Part shown: positions 29,070-42,071 of the stretch, one piece after another
Numbering within the stretch: position 1 is the first letter of the stretch
Layout of the letters: the number at the start of each line of letters is the position of its first letter
Assembly (NCBI GenBank): GCA_965279525.1
Contig: CBDIIB010000005.1
Coordinates: forward strand, 1,805,080-1,869,079
Length of the DNA stretch: 64,000 nucleotides
Reading direction: 5' to 3'
Source: Tagaea sp.
Lineage (GTDB): Bacteria; Pseudomonadota; Alphaproteobacteria; CACIAM-22H2
Notes under the pieces: model-generated
Database searches by the model: none
Seen by the model: the letters and a program-made list of their open reading frames with translations, nothing else
Told to the model about the DNA's origin: nothing
Made by a program: the position numbers and the translations under genes

Positions 29070-29078
29070 AGCGGCCGC

Positions 29079-30209
29079 TCAGGCCCGCCAGGCTGGAACG
29101 GCGCGTGCGAGCGTCCACATCAGCCGGTCGAGGTCGGCGGTCATTGCCGTCGTGCGGTCGCGCGTGTTGAGCAGGCCCGCCCAGCTCAGGCCGCTGCGCG
29201 TCCATACCGCGATCGTCGCCGTGCCGCCGAGACTGCCGGTGTGCCACCGGTTCCCGGCCGCGTTGATGCTCCAGCCGCGCGCGTAGCGCGGATTGGCGTC
29301 GGTCGGCCGCGTCATGGCCGCGACGCCGGCCTCCGTCAGCAGCGGGGGCCGCGTGCGGCGTGCCGCGCCGGCGACGAACAATGCCACCTCGGCCGGCGTG
29401 GCGATCCAGCCGCCATGCGAGTCCATCCGGCGGACGTTGTAGGCATAGGGATCGTCGCGGCCGGTCGGGTGGTAGCGGACTTCGTTCGCCTGCCGCTCGC
29501 CACGGGTGTTGCCGGCGATCGCCATGCCGCCGGCACCGGCCGGTGCCAGCACGTTCTCGCGCACGAATGCGTCATAGGGCTTTCCGGTCGCGTGCTCGAT
29601 GATCCGGCCGAGCAGGCAATAGCCGAAATTCGAATAGCTGAAGGCCGTGCCCGGCGCGGACATCACGCGGCGGTTGGCGAGGGTCCACGCGATCAGCCGC
29701 GCATGGCTCATCTCCGGGTGCTGCATCATCGGATCGCTTGCGTCGTTGGGCCAGGCGCCGGCGGTGTGGGTCAGCAGATGGTCGATCGTGACAGCGCGCA
29801 GCGGCGAATCCGCCGCGACCCCGGCGCCCGCCGGCCCGAGCGCGCCGGCGGGACCGAAGACGGCCATGTCCGGCGAAAGCGTGCCGGCCTCGAAAAGCCG
29901 GAACATCGCGGTTGCGGTGACGGGCTTGGAAATGCTGGCGATGCGGAAGCGGTGTGCTGTCGTCAACGCCTCGCCGGCCGACCGGTCGGCGAGGCCATAC
30001 GCACCCTGCCAGACGACCTGGTCGCCCCGCACGATCGCGGCACCGAATCCCGGAACGCCGTGCGCGGCCATGAAGGTCCCGACCGCGGCGTCCATCGCCG
30101 CCCGCTCGGCAGGACCGGGCGCAGCCGGCGTCTGGGCCGCGGCCGGCCGGGCAATCCCGACGGCAGCCGCGAATCCGCCGAACAGCAATCGACGACGGCC
30201 CGGATCCAT
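29079..30209 (-). CDS. Serine hydrolase (beta-lactamase/AmpC-like family), Tat-type signal
   Basis: RRRLLF; SxxK (ASISK), LLTHT, YSN, HTG. Confidence 0.88.
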   Translation of the reverse strand: MDPGRRRLLFGGFAAAVGIARPAAAQTPAAPGPAERAAMDAAVGTFMAAHGVPGFGAAIVRGDQVVWQGAYGLADRSAGEALTTAHRFRIASISKPVTATAMFRLFEAGTLSPDMAVFGPAGALGPAGAGVAADSPLRAVTIDHLLTHTAGAWPNDASDPMMQHPEMSHARLIAWTLANRRVMSAPGTAFSYSNFGYCLLGRIIEHATGKPYDAFVRENVLAPAGAGGMAIAGNTRGERQANEVRYHPTGRDDPYAYNVRRMDSHGGWIATPAEVALFVAGAARRTRPPLLTEAGVAAMTRPTDANPRYARGWSINAAGNRWHTGSLGGTATIAVWTRSGLSWAGLLNTRDRTTAMTADLDRLMWTLARAVPAWRA

Positions 30210-30252
30210 CGGCGTTTCTTGCGCCCGTCCGGGGATCGGAGTCAACGTCCGG

Positions 30253-30750
30253 TCAGTACAGCGACCCGTCGGAGCGGAAGACGAGCGAGTAGCACAGGAA
30301 GATCGCGATCGCGGATCCGCCGTTGGTCATCGGGATGATGATGTTCTCGACCGTCTTGTGCCGTTCCTGATGGCGGAAAGAAAGCTGGCCCCGCCGCCAG
30401 GTGGCCTCGCCCGTGCCGGCCATCCGGCGGTAGCGTTCGAGGATGCCCGGTTCGCGCTCGATCCGGTCCCGGTGCATGTCGATGAACGACTTGCCCGTCG
30501 GATCGCGCTCGAGCGATGCGACCTCCATCGTGCCGCACAGGCGGTAGGAAAGCGCGAACGGTTCGTGCTGCACGTCGAGCATCCAGATGCGCGCGAGAAG
30601 GTCGGGAATGTCGACCGGATCGAAGTTCCGTCGCGACGGCGGCCCGCCATCCGGCGCGATCCTCCGCACATAGCGCCACAGCCGGTCGACGTTCGGATGC
30701 CAGCCCGCGATTCCGTCGGGCGGCACGATCTCGTAGGAAATCGCGCTCAT
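30253..30750 (-). CDS. PAS_5-type PAS domain protein
   Basis: PSRRNFDPVDIPDLL...YRLCGT...DPTGK. Confidence 0.75.
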   Translation of the reverse strand: MSAISYEIVPPDGIAGWHPNVDRLWRYVRRIAPDGGPPSRRNFDPVDIPDLLARIWMLDVQHEPFALSYRLCGTMEVASLERDPTGKSFIDMHRDRIEREPGILERYRRMAGTGEATWRRGQLSFRHQERHKTVENIIIPMTNGGSAIAIFLCYSLVFRSDGSLY

Positions 30751-30817
30751 CGGGATGCGCATCCGGGGGGCAGGCGCGACGTCATGCCACCATGGTATGC
30801 CGTTGCGGCGACGTCCG

Positions 30818-33529
<2,712 letters not shown>

Positions 33530-33728
33530 GCAGACAGACCTCGATAATCGCGGGATTCGCCGACGGGCCGCCCCCGGCGTCGGGCACCGGAGAGATAGGG
33601 CCAGAAGAACGGCATGTCAACGCGGCCCTCGCGGGCGGATTTCGGCCCGGTTCCGGCCTTGTTCGCGCCGGCTTTCCCGTGCAAGAGTTCCGCCGCCCAT
33701 TTCCGGGCCCGATGAAAGGATTTTCCCG

Positions 33729-34592
33729 ATGCTCCGCCTTGCCGCGCGTTTCGCCGTTCTTGCCGTGCTGACCGGTCTTGCCGGCGTTGCCGCGGCCCAG
33801 GCGCCGCGCCCCGTACCGGTCCCGGCGGGCGAGGATCCGGTGGTGGCGCGCGTCGAGGGTGTGGCGATCCGCCGCTCCGACGTGATCAATTTCCAGCGCT
33901 CGCTGCCCCCGCAGCTGCAGCAGATGCCGGTCGAAGCGCTGTTCGAGCCGATCGTCGACCGGCTCGTCTCGCAGAAGCTGATCGCGGCGCAAGGCCGCAA
34001 GGACAACCTGCAGAACGACCCCGAGGTGAAGGCGCGCATCGTGCAGTTCGAGGAGCGCGTGATGCAGGAAACCGTCCTCAACCGCATGCTCGAGACGCGG
34101 ATGACGGATGCCGCCCTGCGCGAGCGCTTCGCCACCTACCAGAAGGAAAATCCCGGCCGCGAGGAGATCCGCGCGCGCCACATCCTGGTCGCCAACGAAC
34201 AGGCCGCCCAGGGCATCATCGCGGAACTGGGCAAGGGCGGCGATTTCACCAAGATCGCCGGCGACCGGTCGATCGATCCGGCCGGCAAGCAGTCGGGCGG
34301 CGATCTCGGCTTCTTCGGCAAGGACGACATGGTGCCGGAATTCTGGACGGCCGCCTCGAGCCTCAAGGCCGGCGAGACGACCAAGGCACCGGTCAAGAGC
34401 CAGTTCGGCTGGCACGTGATCCGCGTCGAGGAGCGCCGCATGGCGTCCGAGAGCTTCGAGGAAGTGCGCGAGAAGCTCGCCGGCGACATGTCGCAGGAGC
34501 TGATGAACGGCTATGTCGAGGACCTGATCAAGAAGGCGAAAGTCGAACGTTTCGCGCTCGACGGCAAGCCGCTGCCGGCCCCGGCGAAGTAG
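33729..34592 (+). CDS. Parvulin-type peptidyl-prolyl isomerase (PpiC/PrsA-like)
   Basis: Signal peptide; ARHILV, GGDLG, SQFGWHVI. Confidence 0.92.
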   Translation: MLRLAARFAVLAVLTGLAGVAAAQAPRPVPVPAGEDPVVARVEGVAIRRSDVINFQRSLPPQLQQMPVEALFEPIVDRLVSQKLIAAQGRKDNLQNDPEVKARIVQFEERVMQETVLNRMLETRMTDAALRERFATYQKENPGREEIRARHILVANEQAAQGIIAELGKGGDFTKIAGDRSIDPAGKQSGGDLGFFGKDDMVPEFWTAASSLKAGETTKAPVKSQFGWHVIRVEERRMASESFEEVREKLAGDMSQELMNGYVEDLIKKAKVERFALDGKPLPAPAK

Positions 34593-34600
34593 TCTTCCCC

Positions 34601-35833
34601 ATGTCGCACGCCGTTTCGCCGCTCGCACCGGCCACGTTTCCCGTCCTTCCCGCGATCGCCGGCATGCGCCTGGCGACGACGCTGACCGGCATGCGCTACA
34701 AGGGCCGCGACGACCTGTTCCTTGCGGCCTTCGCGCCCGGCACGGCCGTCGCGGGCGTGTTCACGTCCAACAAGATGCCCGGCGTGCCGGTCGACTGGTG
34801 CCGCAAGCATATCGCCGGCGGCAGGGCCCGCGGGCTCGTCGTCAATGCCGGCAACGCCAACGTCTTCACCGGCAAGGCGGGTGCGGCCGCCTGCGCCGAG
34901 ACCGCGAAGGCGGCGGCCAAGGCGCTGGGCTGCAAGGCGGGCGAGATCTTCATTTCCTCGACCGGCGTGATCGGCCAGGTGCCGGACGCGGCGAAGCTTT
35001 CGGCCGCGACGTCGGCCGCTGGCCAGCGGCTCGGCACCGCATCGATCGAGGATGCCGCGCGCGCGATGATGACGACCGACACCTTCGCCAAGGGCGCGGG
35101 TGCCACCGCGCGCGTCGGCGGCAAGTCCGTGCGTGTCGCCGGCATTGCCAAGGGCAGCGGCATGATCGCGCCCGCGATGGCCACGATGCTCGCCTACGTG
35201 TTCACCGATGCGGCCGTGTCGCCCGCCGTGCTGCGCGCGATCCTGAAGGACGTGGCCGCGCGCACCTTCAACGCGATCACGGTCGACGGCGACACCTCGA
35301 CATCCGACACGCTGCTCGCGTTCGCCACCGGCGCAGCCGGCAACAAGCCGGTCTCCGGCGTTTCGTCCGCCGACGCGGCTGCATTGAAGAAGGCCATCGA
35401 GGCCGTCTGCCTCGACCTTGCCATCCAGGTCGCCAAGGACGGCGAGGGGGCGCAGAAACTGGTCCAGGTCGACGTGACGGGGGCGGCCAGCGACACGGCC
35501 GCACGCACGATTGGCATGGCGATCGCCAACTCGCCGCTGGTCAAGACCGCCATCGCGGCGGCCGACGCCAACTGGGGCCGCATCGTGATGGCCGTGGGCA
35601 AGAGCGGCGAGAAGGCCGACCGCGACAGGCTGAAGGTTTCGGTCGGCGGCACGGTCATCGCGCGCAAGGGCATGCCCGTGCCCGGCTACGACGAGGCACC
35701 GGTCGCCGCCCACATGCAGGGGCGCGACGTGCGCATCGCGGTCGACATCGGCCTTGGCAAGGGCAAGGCGCGCGTGTGGACCTGCGATCTGACCCACGCC
35801 TATATCGACATCAATGGCAGCTACCGGAGCTGA
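34601..35833 (+). CDS. argJ: Ornithine acetyltransferase ArgJ
   Basis: KGSGMIAPAMATML, DGEG, NWGR, CDL. Confidence 0.97.
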   Translation: MSHAVSPLAPATFPVLPAIAGMRLATTLTGMRYKGRDDLFLAAFAPGTAVAGVFTSNKMPGVPVDWCRKHIAGGRARGLVVNAGNANVFTGKAGAAACAETAKAAAKALGCKAGEIFISSTGVIGQVPDAAKLSAATSAAGQRLGTASIEDAARAMMTTDTFAKGAGATARVGGKSVRVAGIAKGSGMIAPAMATMLAYVFTDAAVSPAVLRAILKDVAARTFNAITVDGDTSTSDTLLAFATGAAGNKPVSGVSSADAAALKKAIEAVCLDLAIQVAKDGEGAQKLVQVDVTGAASDTAARTIGMAIANSPLVKTAIAAADANWGRIVMAVGKSGEKADRDRLKVSVGGTVIARKGMPVPGYDEAPVAAHMQGRDVRIAVDIGLGKGKARVWTCDLTHAYIDINGSYRS

Positions 35834-36275
35834 CGGCTGCGACGATCCGGTGCTGTCGGCGCGGCTGGCGGCACCCGCGCGCGTGCTGCTCGTCGTCGCG
35901 GTGGCGCTGATCGATGCCGACGGACGCGTGCTCCTGGCGCGCCGCCCGCCGGGCAAGGCGATGGCCGGGCTGTGGGAGTTTCCCGGCGGCAAGGTCGCCG
36001 ACGGCGAGACGCCTGAAGCCGCCCTCGTGCGCGAACTCAACGAGGAACTCGGGCTCGATCTTTCGCACGCGTGCCTTGCCCCGCTGACCTTCGCGTCGCA
36101 CCGCTACGAGGATTTCCACCTGCTGATGCCGCTCTATGCGGCGCGCAACTGGAAGGGCATGCCTAGCCCTCGCGAGGGCCAGGAGCTGGCGTGGGTGCGG
36201 CCGAACAGGCTTTCCGAATATCCGATGCCGCCGGCCGACGTGCCGCTGGTGGCGATGCTGCGCGACCTACTTTAG
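35814..36275 (+). CDS. mutT: 8-oxo-dGTP diphosphatase (Nudix); start uncertain
   Basis: Nudix box GGKVADGETPEAALVRELNEELG; position after argJ. Confidence 0.9.
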   Translation: MAATGADGCDDPVLSARLAAPARVLLVVAVALIDADGRVLLARRPPGKAMAGLWEFPGGKVADGETPEAALVRELNEELGLDLSHACLAPLTFASHRYEDFHLLMPLYAARNWKGMPSPREGQELAWVRPNRLSEYPMPPADVPLVAMLRDLL

Positions 36276-37184
36276 CGGGGGCGGGCGCACGTCGAGGGCG
36301 TCGGCCAGACGGTGGACGGCGCTGCCGGGCTTGAGCGCCTTGGGCTGGTTCGCGTGCGGCGCCCACGCGGTCAGGTTCAGCACCTGGAACGTCGCCGGCA
36401 TCCGGTGATCGGCATCGGCGAACAGGTCCTCGTAGATCGCCGCGGCGCGCAGCAGCGTCGAACGCCGCGTGAAATCCTTGCGCCGCTCGAGAATCGCGTT
36501 CGCCTCGCCCATGCCGCGCAGGTCGCGCATCAGGTCGAGCGCGTTCTCGTAGGAAACCGTGATCGTGTCGGCATCGACGACCGGCAGCGCGAAGCCGGCG
36601 CGTTGCAAAAGCGCACCGGCATCGCGCACGTCGGCGAACGGCGACACCCGCGGGCCCGCCCCGCCGGTCTCGGCGACTTCCGCCTCGACAAGAGCCCGGC
36701 GCAGTTCCACCAGCGTCTCGCCGCCGAGGATCGCCGCCAAAAAGAGTCCGTCCGGCTTCAGCGCGCGGCGTGCCTGCAAAAGCGCGCCCGGCAGGTCGTT
36801 GGTCCAGTGTAGCGACAGGCAGCTCACGATCAGGTCGAAGCTGCCGTCGGCGAAGGGCAGGAACTCCTCGTCGGCGACCGCGACGAGGCGGGCGGGGCCA
36901 CCGGCGCAAGGGCGCGCGCGTGCCGCCTTCATCATCGGGCCCGAAAGGTCGCACTGCACGATGGTCTCGATGCCGTCGCGTCCGGCAAGCAGCGGGGCCA
37001 GCACGCCCGTGCGCGCACCCAGATCGAGCACGCGCGGAAAATCGCGCGCGACGTCGTCGAGCCGTTCGACCAGCCGCTCGGCGACTTCCTGAAACAGGAA
37101 GTCGTGATCGGCGAAGTGCCGTGCCGCGCGATCGCGATGGCGGCGCACGGTGCGTCGGTCGAAGATGGAAAGCGGGCTGCCCAT
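36267..37184 (-). CDS. SAM-dependent methyltransferase (BioC/NDUFAF5-like)
   Basis: VLDLGA, LHWTNDLPG, RVSPF; divergent from comF. Confidence 0.88.
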   Translation of the reverse strand: MGSPLSIFDRRTVRRHRDRAARHFADHDFLFQEVAERLVERLDDVARDFPRVLDLGARTGVLAPLLAGRDGIETIVQCDLSGPMMKAARARPCAGGPARLVAVADEEFLPFADGSFDLIVSCLSLHWTNDLPGALLQARRALKPDGLFLAAILGGETLVELRRALVEAEVAETGGAGPRVSPFADVRDAGALLQRAGFALPVVDADTITVSYENALDLMRDLRGMGEANAILERRKDFTRRSTLLRAAAIYEDLFADADHRMPATFQVLNLTAWAPHANQPKALKPGSAVHRLADALDVRPPPLK

Positions 37185-37298
37185 GGGAAATTGGTAGCGC
37201 GTTTCCCGCGCGCGGGAAACCTTGCGCATACGTACCTCGCGATTGACTCGCGGGGGCGCTGCGTGCTGGCATCTTCGCCCGTGGAAATCGCCCGCCGG

Positions 37299-38051
37299 AT
37301 GTCCGAACTGTTCTCGCGCGTCGCGCGCGCCGGTCTCGATGCGGTCGTCCCGCCCACCTGCCTCTCGTGCGAATGCATCGTCGCGTCTCCCGGCGGATTG
37401 TGCGCGTCGTGCTGGCGGGGGCTTGCATGGATCGACCGGCCCTATTGCAAGCAATGCGGCACGCCGTTCGCCGCCGACACCAGCGGTGGTGCGGACGATG
37501 CCGTCTGTGCGGCGTGCCTTGTGCAGCGCTCGCCGCTTTCCCGGGTGCGCGCGGCCTTGCGCTACGACGATGCGAGCCGCGCACTTGTGCTCGGTTTCAA
37601 GCATGCCGACCGCACGCATGCTGCCCCGTTCTTCGGCAAATGGCTGGCGCGTGCCGGCGCCGAGGCGCTCGACGGTGCGGATCTGCTCGTCCCCGTCCCG
37701 TTGCACTGGACGCGGCTGGTCTGGCGCCGTTTCAACCAGTCGGCACTGCTGGCGCACGCACTTGCCCGCGAAAGCGGCGTGGCGTGCATGCCCGACCTGC
37801 TGGTCCGCGCGCGCCGCACGCCGATCCAGGGCACGCTCGGCCGGCTCCAGCGCCAGAAGAACGTGCGCCGGGCCTTTGCCGTCCGCGGGCGGCATCTGGA
37901 CCGCGTCAAGGGTGCGCGGATCGTGCTGGTCGACGACGTGCTGACGACCGGGGCCACGCTTGCCGAGTGCGCGCGCACGCTGCGCCGGGCCGGCGCCGCC
38001 GAAATCCGGGCCGTGACATTGGCCCGCGTCGTGCTTCTGGAAGATGGCTGA
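37299..38051 (+). CDS. comF: ComF family protein; start approximate
   Basis: Zn-ribbon Cys pairs, PVPLH, RRFNQS, LVDDVLTTGAT. Confidence 0.9.
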   Translation: MSELFSRVARAGLDAVVPPTCLSCECIVASPGGLCASCWRGLAWIDRPYCKQCGTPFAADTSGGADDAVCAACLVQRSPLSRVRAALRYDDASRALVLGFKHADRTHAAPFFGKWLARAGAEALDGADLLVPVPLHWTRLVWRRFNQSALLAHALARESGVACMPDLLVRARRTPIQGTLGRLQRQKNVRRAFAVRGRHLDRVKGARIVLVDDVLTTGATLAECARTLRRAGAAEIRAVTLARVVLLEDG

Positions 38052-38127
38052 CATGCAGGCCGGGAGTGGAACTCCGCCGCAGGCACGGCTATCTTTATAG
38101 GCGCACGGTTCGAGGGGGCTTCGGGCG

Positions 38128-38385
38128 ATGACGGCGAAGGTCGAGATCTACACCAGTCCGTTCTGCGGCTACTGCGCGCGCGCCAAGCGTCTGCTGTCGT
38201 CGAAAGGCGTGTCGTTCGTCGAGTACGACGTGCTCGCCGACACGAGCCTGCGCCCGACGATGGAAGCGCGCGCCAACGGCGGCACGACAGTTCCGCAGAT
38301 CTTCATCGACGGCAGGCATGTCGGCGGCTGCGACGACCTGCACGATCTTGACGCGGCAGGCAAACTCGACCCGATGCTGGCTTAA
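38128..38385 (+). CDS. grxC: Glutaredoxin 3
   Basis: CGYC, TVPQIFI, GGCDDL. Confidence 0.95.
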   Translation: MTAKVEIYTSPFCGYCARAKRLLSSKGVSFVEYDVLADTSLRPTMEARANGGTTVPQIFIDGRHVGGCDDLHDLDAAGKLDPMLA

Positions 38386-38909
38386 CGCCTGACGGCCGCG
38401 ATCCGCTGCACAAGCGCCGGCCGCGGCGTTTCCACATAAAGGTGTTCATAGGCGACGACGGCGAGTTCGGGCAGCACCAGCCCCAGCAGTTCGTTGTCGG
38501 CCAGCAGGAAATCCGGATTGGACGGCTTTCCGTAGCGCTCGTTGCCGCGCGCGAAGGTCTCGTAGATCAATGCCCCGCCCGTATCGAGTGCCGCGCGCAA
38601 GTCCGGGAACAGCGGCCGGTGCAGGTAATTCGTCACGACGATGCCGGCGAAACGCCGCGTGCCCATCGGCCACGGCGAACCGTCCTCGAGATCGGCCGCG
38701 ACCGCTTCCACGCCCGGGATGCCGCCTAGCGCCGAAACATCCCGGTCGACCGCGACGACCCGATGGCCGAGCCCTGCGAACAGGCGCGCATGCCGCCCGC
38801 CGCCGGCCGCGAGATCGAGCACGGTCCCGCCGGCCGGCACCAGCCCGGCATGTGCGACGACCCAGGCCGACGGACCGGCCGGGCCGTGGGGTGAATTCGC
38901 GTTCGTCAT
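38382..38909 (-). CDS. Class I SAM-dependent methyltransferase
   Basis: VLDLAAGGGRH, NYLHRPL. Confidence 0.85.
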   Translation of the reverse strand: MTNANSPHGPAGPSAWVVAHAGLVPAGGTVLDLAAGGGRHARLFAGLGHRVVAVDRDVSALGGIPGVEAVAADLEDGSPWPMGTRRFAGIVVTNYLHRPLFPDLRAALDTGGALIYETFARGNERYGKPSNPDFLLADNELLGLVLPELAVVAYEHLYVETPRPALVQRIAAVRR

Positions 38910-38949
38910 CCGCCTTGCCTTCGCCGCCGTTCGCTCCCAAATATAGGCG

Positions 38950-39420
38950 ATGATCGTCTTCAACCTGCAATGCCACAAGGGGCACGGCTTCGAAAGCTGG
39001 TTCAAGGACAGTGCGGCCTATGCCCGCCAGTCCAAGCGCGGCCTCGTGGAATGCCCGGCCTGCGGCTCGACCAAGGTCGAGAAGGCGCTGATGGCCCCGC
39101 GCCTTGCCGGCACGAAGAAGTCGCGCAAGTCGGCCGCCGCCGCACCGGCGGACGCGCCCGCGCAGGCGGCGATGGGCAGCGATCCCGCCGTCGCCAAGGC
39201 GGTCGAGCTCCACAAGGAGCTTTCCAAGCTGCGTGCGCATGTCGAGAAGAATTTCGAGCATGTCGGCGACAAGTTCGCCGAGGAAGCGCGCAAGATCCAT
39301 TACGGCGAGACCAAGCACCGCGACATCTACGGCGAAGCCAGCCCCGAAGATGCCGAAGCGCTGGCCGAGGAGGGCGTGGAGATCGCCCGCATCCCGTGGG
39401 TGCGCGGCAACGACGCGTGA
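38950..39420 (+). CDS. DUF1178 family protein
   Basis: LQCHKGHGFESWF, CPACGS, FAEEARKIHYGE. Confidence 0.9.
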   Translation: MIVFNLQCHKGHGFESWFKDSAAYARQSKRGLVECPACGSTKVEKALMAPRLAGTKKSRKSAAAAPADAPAQAAMGSDPAVAKAVELHKELSKLRAHVEKNFEHVGDKFAEEARKIHYGETKHRDIYGEASPEDAEALAEEGVEIARIPWVRGNDA

Positions 39421-39455
39421 GTTCCGGCCAAAAGACCTGATCCGAGGAGTCCGCG

Positions 39456-41134
39456 TTGCCGCACGACACGCCTTTCATCGCGACGATCGCGATCGGCCTC
39501 GGCCTCGCCTTCCTGTTCGGCCTCGCCGCACAGCGCTTCCGCCTGCCGCCGATCGTGGGATATCTCGCGGCCGGCATCGCGGCCGGCCCGTTCACGCCGG
39601 GCTATGTCGCCGATCCGAAGATCGCGACCGAACTCGCCGAGATGGGCGTGATCCTGCTGATGTTCGGCGTGGGCCTGCATTTCTCGCTCAAGGATCTGTT
39701 GTCCGTCCGCGCGATCGCGATCCCGGGCGCCGTCGGCCAGATCGCCGTCGCCACGCTGCTGGGCATGGGGCTCGCCCACGCGATGGGCTGGCCGTTCGGG
39801 GCCGGAATCGTCTTCGGCCTGGCACTTTCCGTCGCCTCGACCGTCGTGCTGCTGCGCGCGTTGCAGGAGCGCCGCCTGGTCGAGACCGAGCGCGGCCGCA
39901 TCGCGGTCGGCTGGCTCATCGTCGAAGATCTCGCGATGGTGCTGGCCCTCGTCCTGCTGCCGCCGCTCGCGGGCCTGCTCGGCGGGACGCCGGCGCAGTC
40001 GGAAGCCGGCATTCCGCTGCTGGCGCCACTCGGCCTCGGGCCGGTGGGCGAGACGCTGCTGGTGACTGCGGCGAAGGTGGCGCTGTTCGTGGCGTTCATG
40101 CTGGTCGTCGGCCGGCGCGCGGTCCCGGCGGTGCTGCACTATGTCGCGCACACGGGGTCGCGCGAACTTGTTCCGTCTGTCGGTGCTGGCGATCGCACTT
40201 GGGTGTGGCGTACGGAGCCGCCCACCTGTTCGGCGTCTCCTTTGCACTCGGCGCCTTCTTCGCGGGCATGGTGCTGGCGGAATCACCGCTCAGCAGCCAG
40301 GCCGCGCGCGAAACGCTGCCGCTGCGCGATGCCTTCGCCGTGCTCTTCTTCGTGTCCGTCGGAATGCTCTTCGATCCTCTCTCGCTCGTGCGCCAGCCGT
40401 TGCCGATCCTGGCGACCTTCCTGATCATCGTGCTGGGCAAGTCGATCGCGGCCTTCCTCATCGTGCGCGCCTTTGGCTATTCGAAGAACGTGGCGCTGAC
40501 GATCTCGGCAAGCCTCGCGCAGATCGGCGAATTCTCGTTCATCCTCGCCGTGCTCGGCGTCAGCGTCGCGGTCCTGCCCGAAGCGGCGCGCGACCTGATC
40601 GTCGCCGGCGCCATCCTGTCGATCCTGCTCAATCCGCTGTGCTTCCACGTCCTCGATCGCTGGATGACGAAGCACGAGCCCGAAGCGCCGGCAGCACCCG
40701 CACCCGCACCGCCGCCGGCCGCGACGGACAAGCCGCTGGCCCTGGTCGTCGGGCACGGCCGCGTGGGTTCACGCGTGACGCCTTCGCTGATCGCCGCCGG
40801 CTATCCGCTCGTGGTCGTCGACGACACCGACGAAGCGCTCGCGGGCCTTCGCGAGAAGGGCGTGGAAACGCGGCGCGGGCGGTTCGGCGATGCCGGCGGT
40901 CTGGAGGGGCTCGATCTTGCGCGCGTGGGCTGGCTCTTCGTCGCGATCCCCGAGCCGTTCGAAGCCGGCACAGTCGTCGAGACGGTGCGCAAGGCAAGTC
41001 CGTCCGCCCGGATCATCGCGCGTGCGCACAGTGACGAGGCCGTGGCGCATCTGAAGAAACTCGGTGCCGACGACGTCCTGATGGGCGAGGCGGAGATCGC
41101 CAACGGCATGCTGCGGGCGATCTTCGGGCGCTGA
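39456..41134 (+). pseudogene. ybaL: CPA2 cation:proton antiporter (YbaL/Kef-like) with two apparent +1 frameshifts (pseudogene or sequencing error)
   Basis: N- and C-terminal halves lie in different frames; removing one base near 40168 and one near 40202 restores SRELFRLSVLAIALGVAYG; C-terminal TrkA-N domain. Confidence 0.75.
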
Positions 41135-41150
41135 CGCGCGGATTGCCGTC

Positions 41151-41912
41151 TCAGGCCCGGACTGCGAACGCCATGTAGTTGACGTCGAGATCGCGGCCGA
41201 GCTTCCAGGTATCGAGGATCGGGTTGTAGGCGACGCCCGTCATGTGCGTGACCGCGAGGCCGGGTGCGCGCAGCGCGTCGCTGACCTCGCCGGGCCGGAC
41301 GAACTTCTTCCATTCGTGCGTGCCGCGCGGCAGCCAGCCCAGCACGTATTCCGCCCCCACGATCGCCAGCAGGAACGCTTTGGGCGTGCGGTTGAGCGTG
41401 GCGACGAGCATCGCTCCGCCGGGCCGCACGAGACGGCCGCAATCGCCAAGGAACCCGGCCGGATCGGCGACATGCTCGACGACTTCGAGCGACAGCACGG
41501 CATCGAAGACTTCGCCGGCGGCGACGAGGCTTTCGGCCGTCGCGTGGCGATAGTCGATCGCTAAGCCCATGCGCGCGGCATGTGTGGAGGCAATCCCGAT
41601 ATTGCGTGCCGAGGCGTCGATCGCGACGACCGTGGCCCCCAGCCGTGCCATCGGCTCGGCGACCAGCCCGCCGCCGCAGCCGATATCGAGCACGCGCAGG
41701 CCGGCCAGGGGCTTCGCCGCCAGCGGATCGCGCCCGAAATGCTGGGCCAGCCGGTCGCGGATGTAGCCGAGGCGCACCGGGTTGAACTTGTGCAGCGGGC
41801 GGAACTTGCCGTTGGGGTCCCACCATTCGTCGGCCATCGCCGCGAAGCGCGCCACCTCGGCGGGATCGACGCTGGGACCGCTGGCGGCGTCGAGGGCGGG
41901 GGACTGGGTCAA
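41151..41912 (-). CDS. ubiG: Ubiquinone biosynthesis O-methyltransferase
   Basis: [31 protein letters not shown]. Confidence 0.95.
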   Translation of the reverse strand: MTQSPALDAASGPSVDPAEVARFAAMADEWWDPNGKFRPLHKFNPVRLGYIRDRLAQHFGRDPLAAKPLAGLRVLDIGCGGGLVAEPMARLGATVVAIDASARNIGIASTHAARMGLAIDYRHATAESLVAAGEVFDAVLSLEVVEHVADPAGFLGDCGRLVRPGGAMLVATLNRTPKAFLLAIVGAEYVLGWLPRGTHEWKKFVRPGEVSDALRAPGLAVTHMTGVAYNPILDTWKLGRDLDVNYMAFAVRA

Positions 41913-42071
41913 GGTGGCAGGCTCCGTCTTTCAGAAAAATCGAGCGCGAACTTGCCCTGCCCGCGCCAAGACAGTAGATATGGCGCGCTTTTCGCGCCGG
42001 CAATGGCGAAAGCGACGATACTTTGCCAAGTCCATGTCCGGAAAGGCAATTCTGAAGGGGCAAGCGGGTCA

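Noticed and set aside
29079-30209. Antibiotic-resistance beta-lactamase
   Set aside because: The SxxK/YxN/HTG motifs are shared by the broad esterase/peptidase family, and there is no mobile context.
37299-38051. comF as a dedicated part of the GTA-like system
   Set aside because: It sits in its usual methyltransferase-comF-grxC context, 24 kb away from the cluster.
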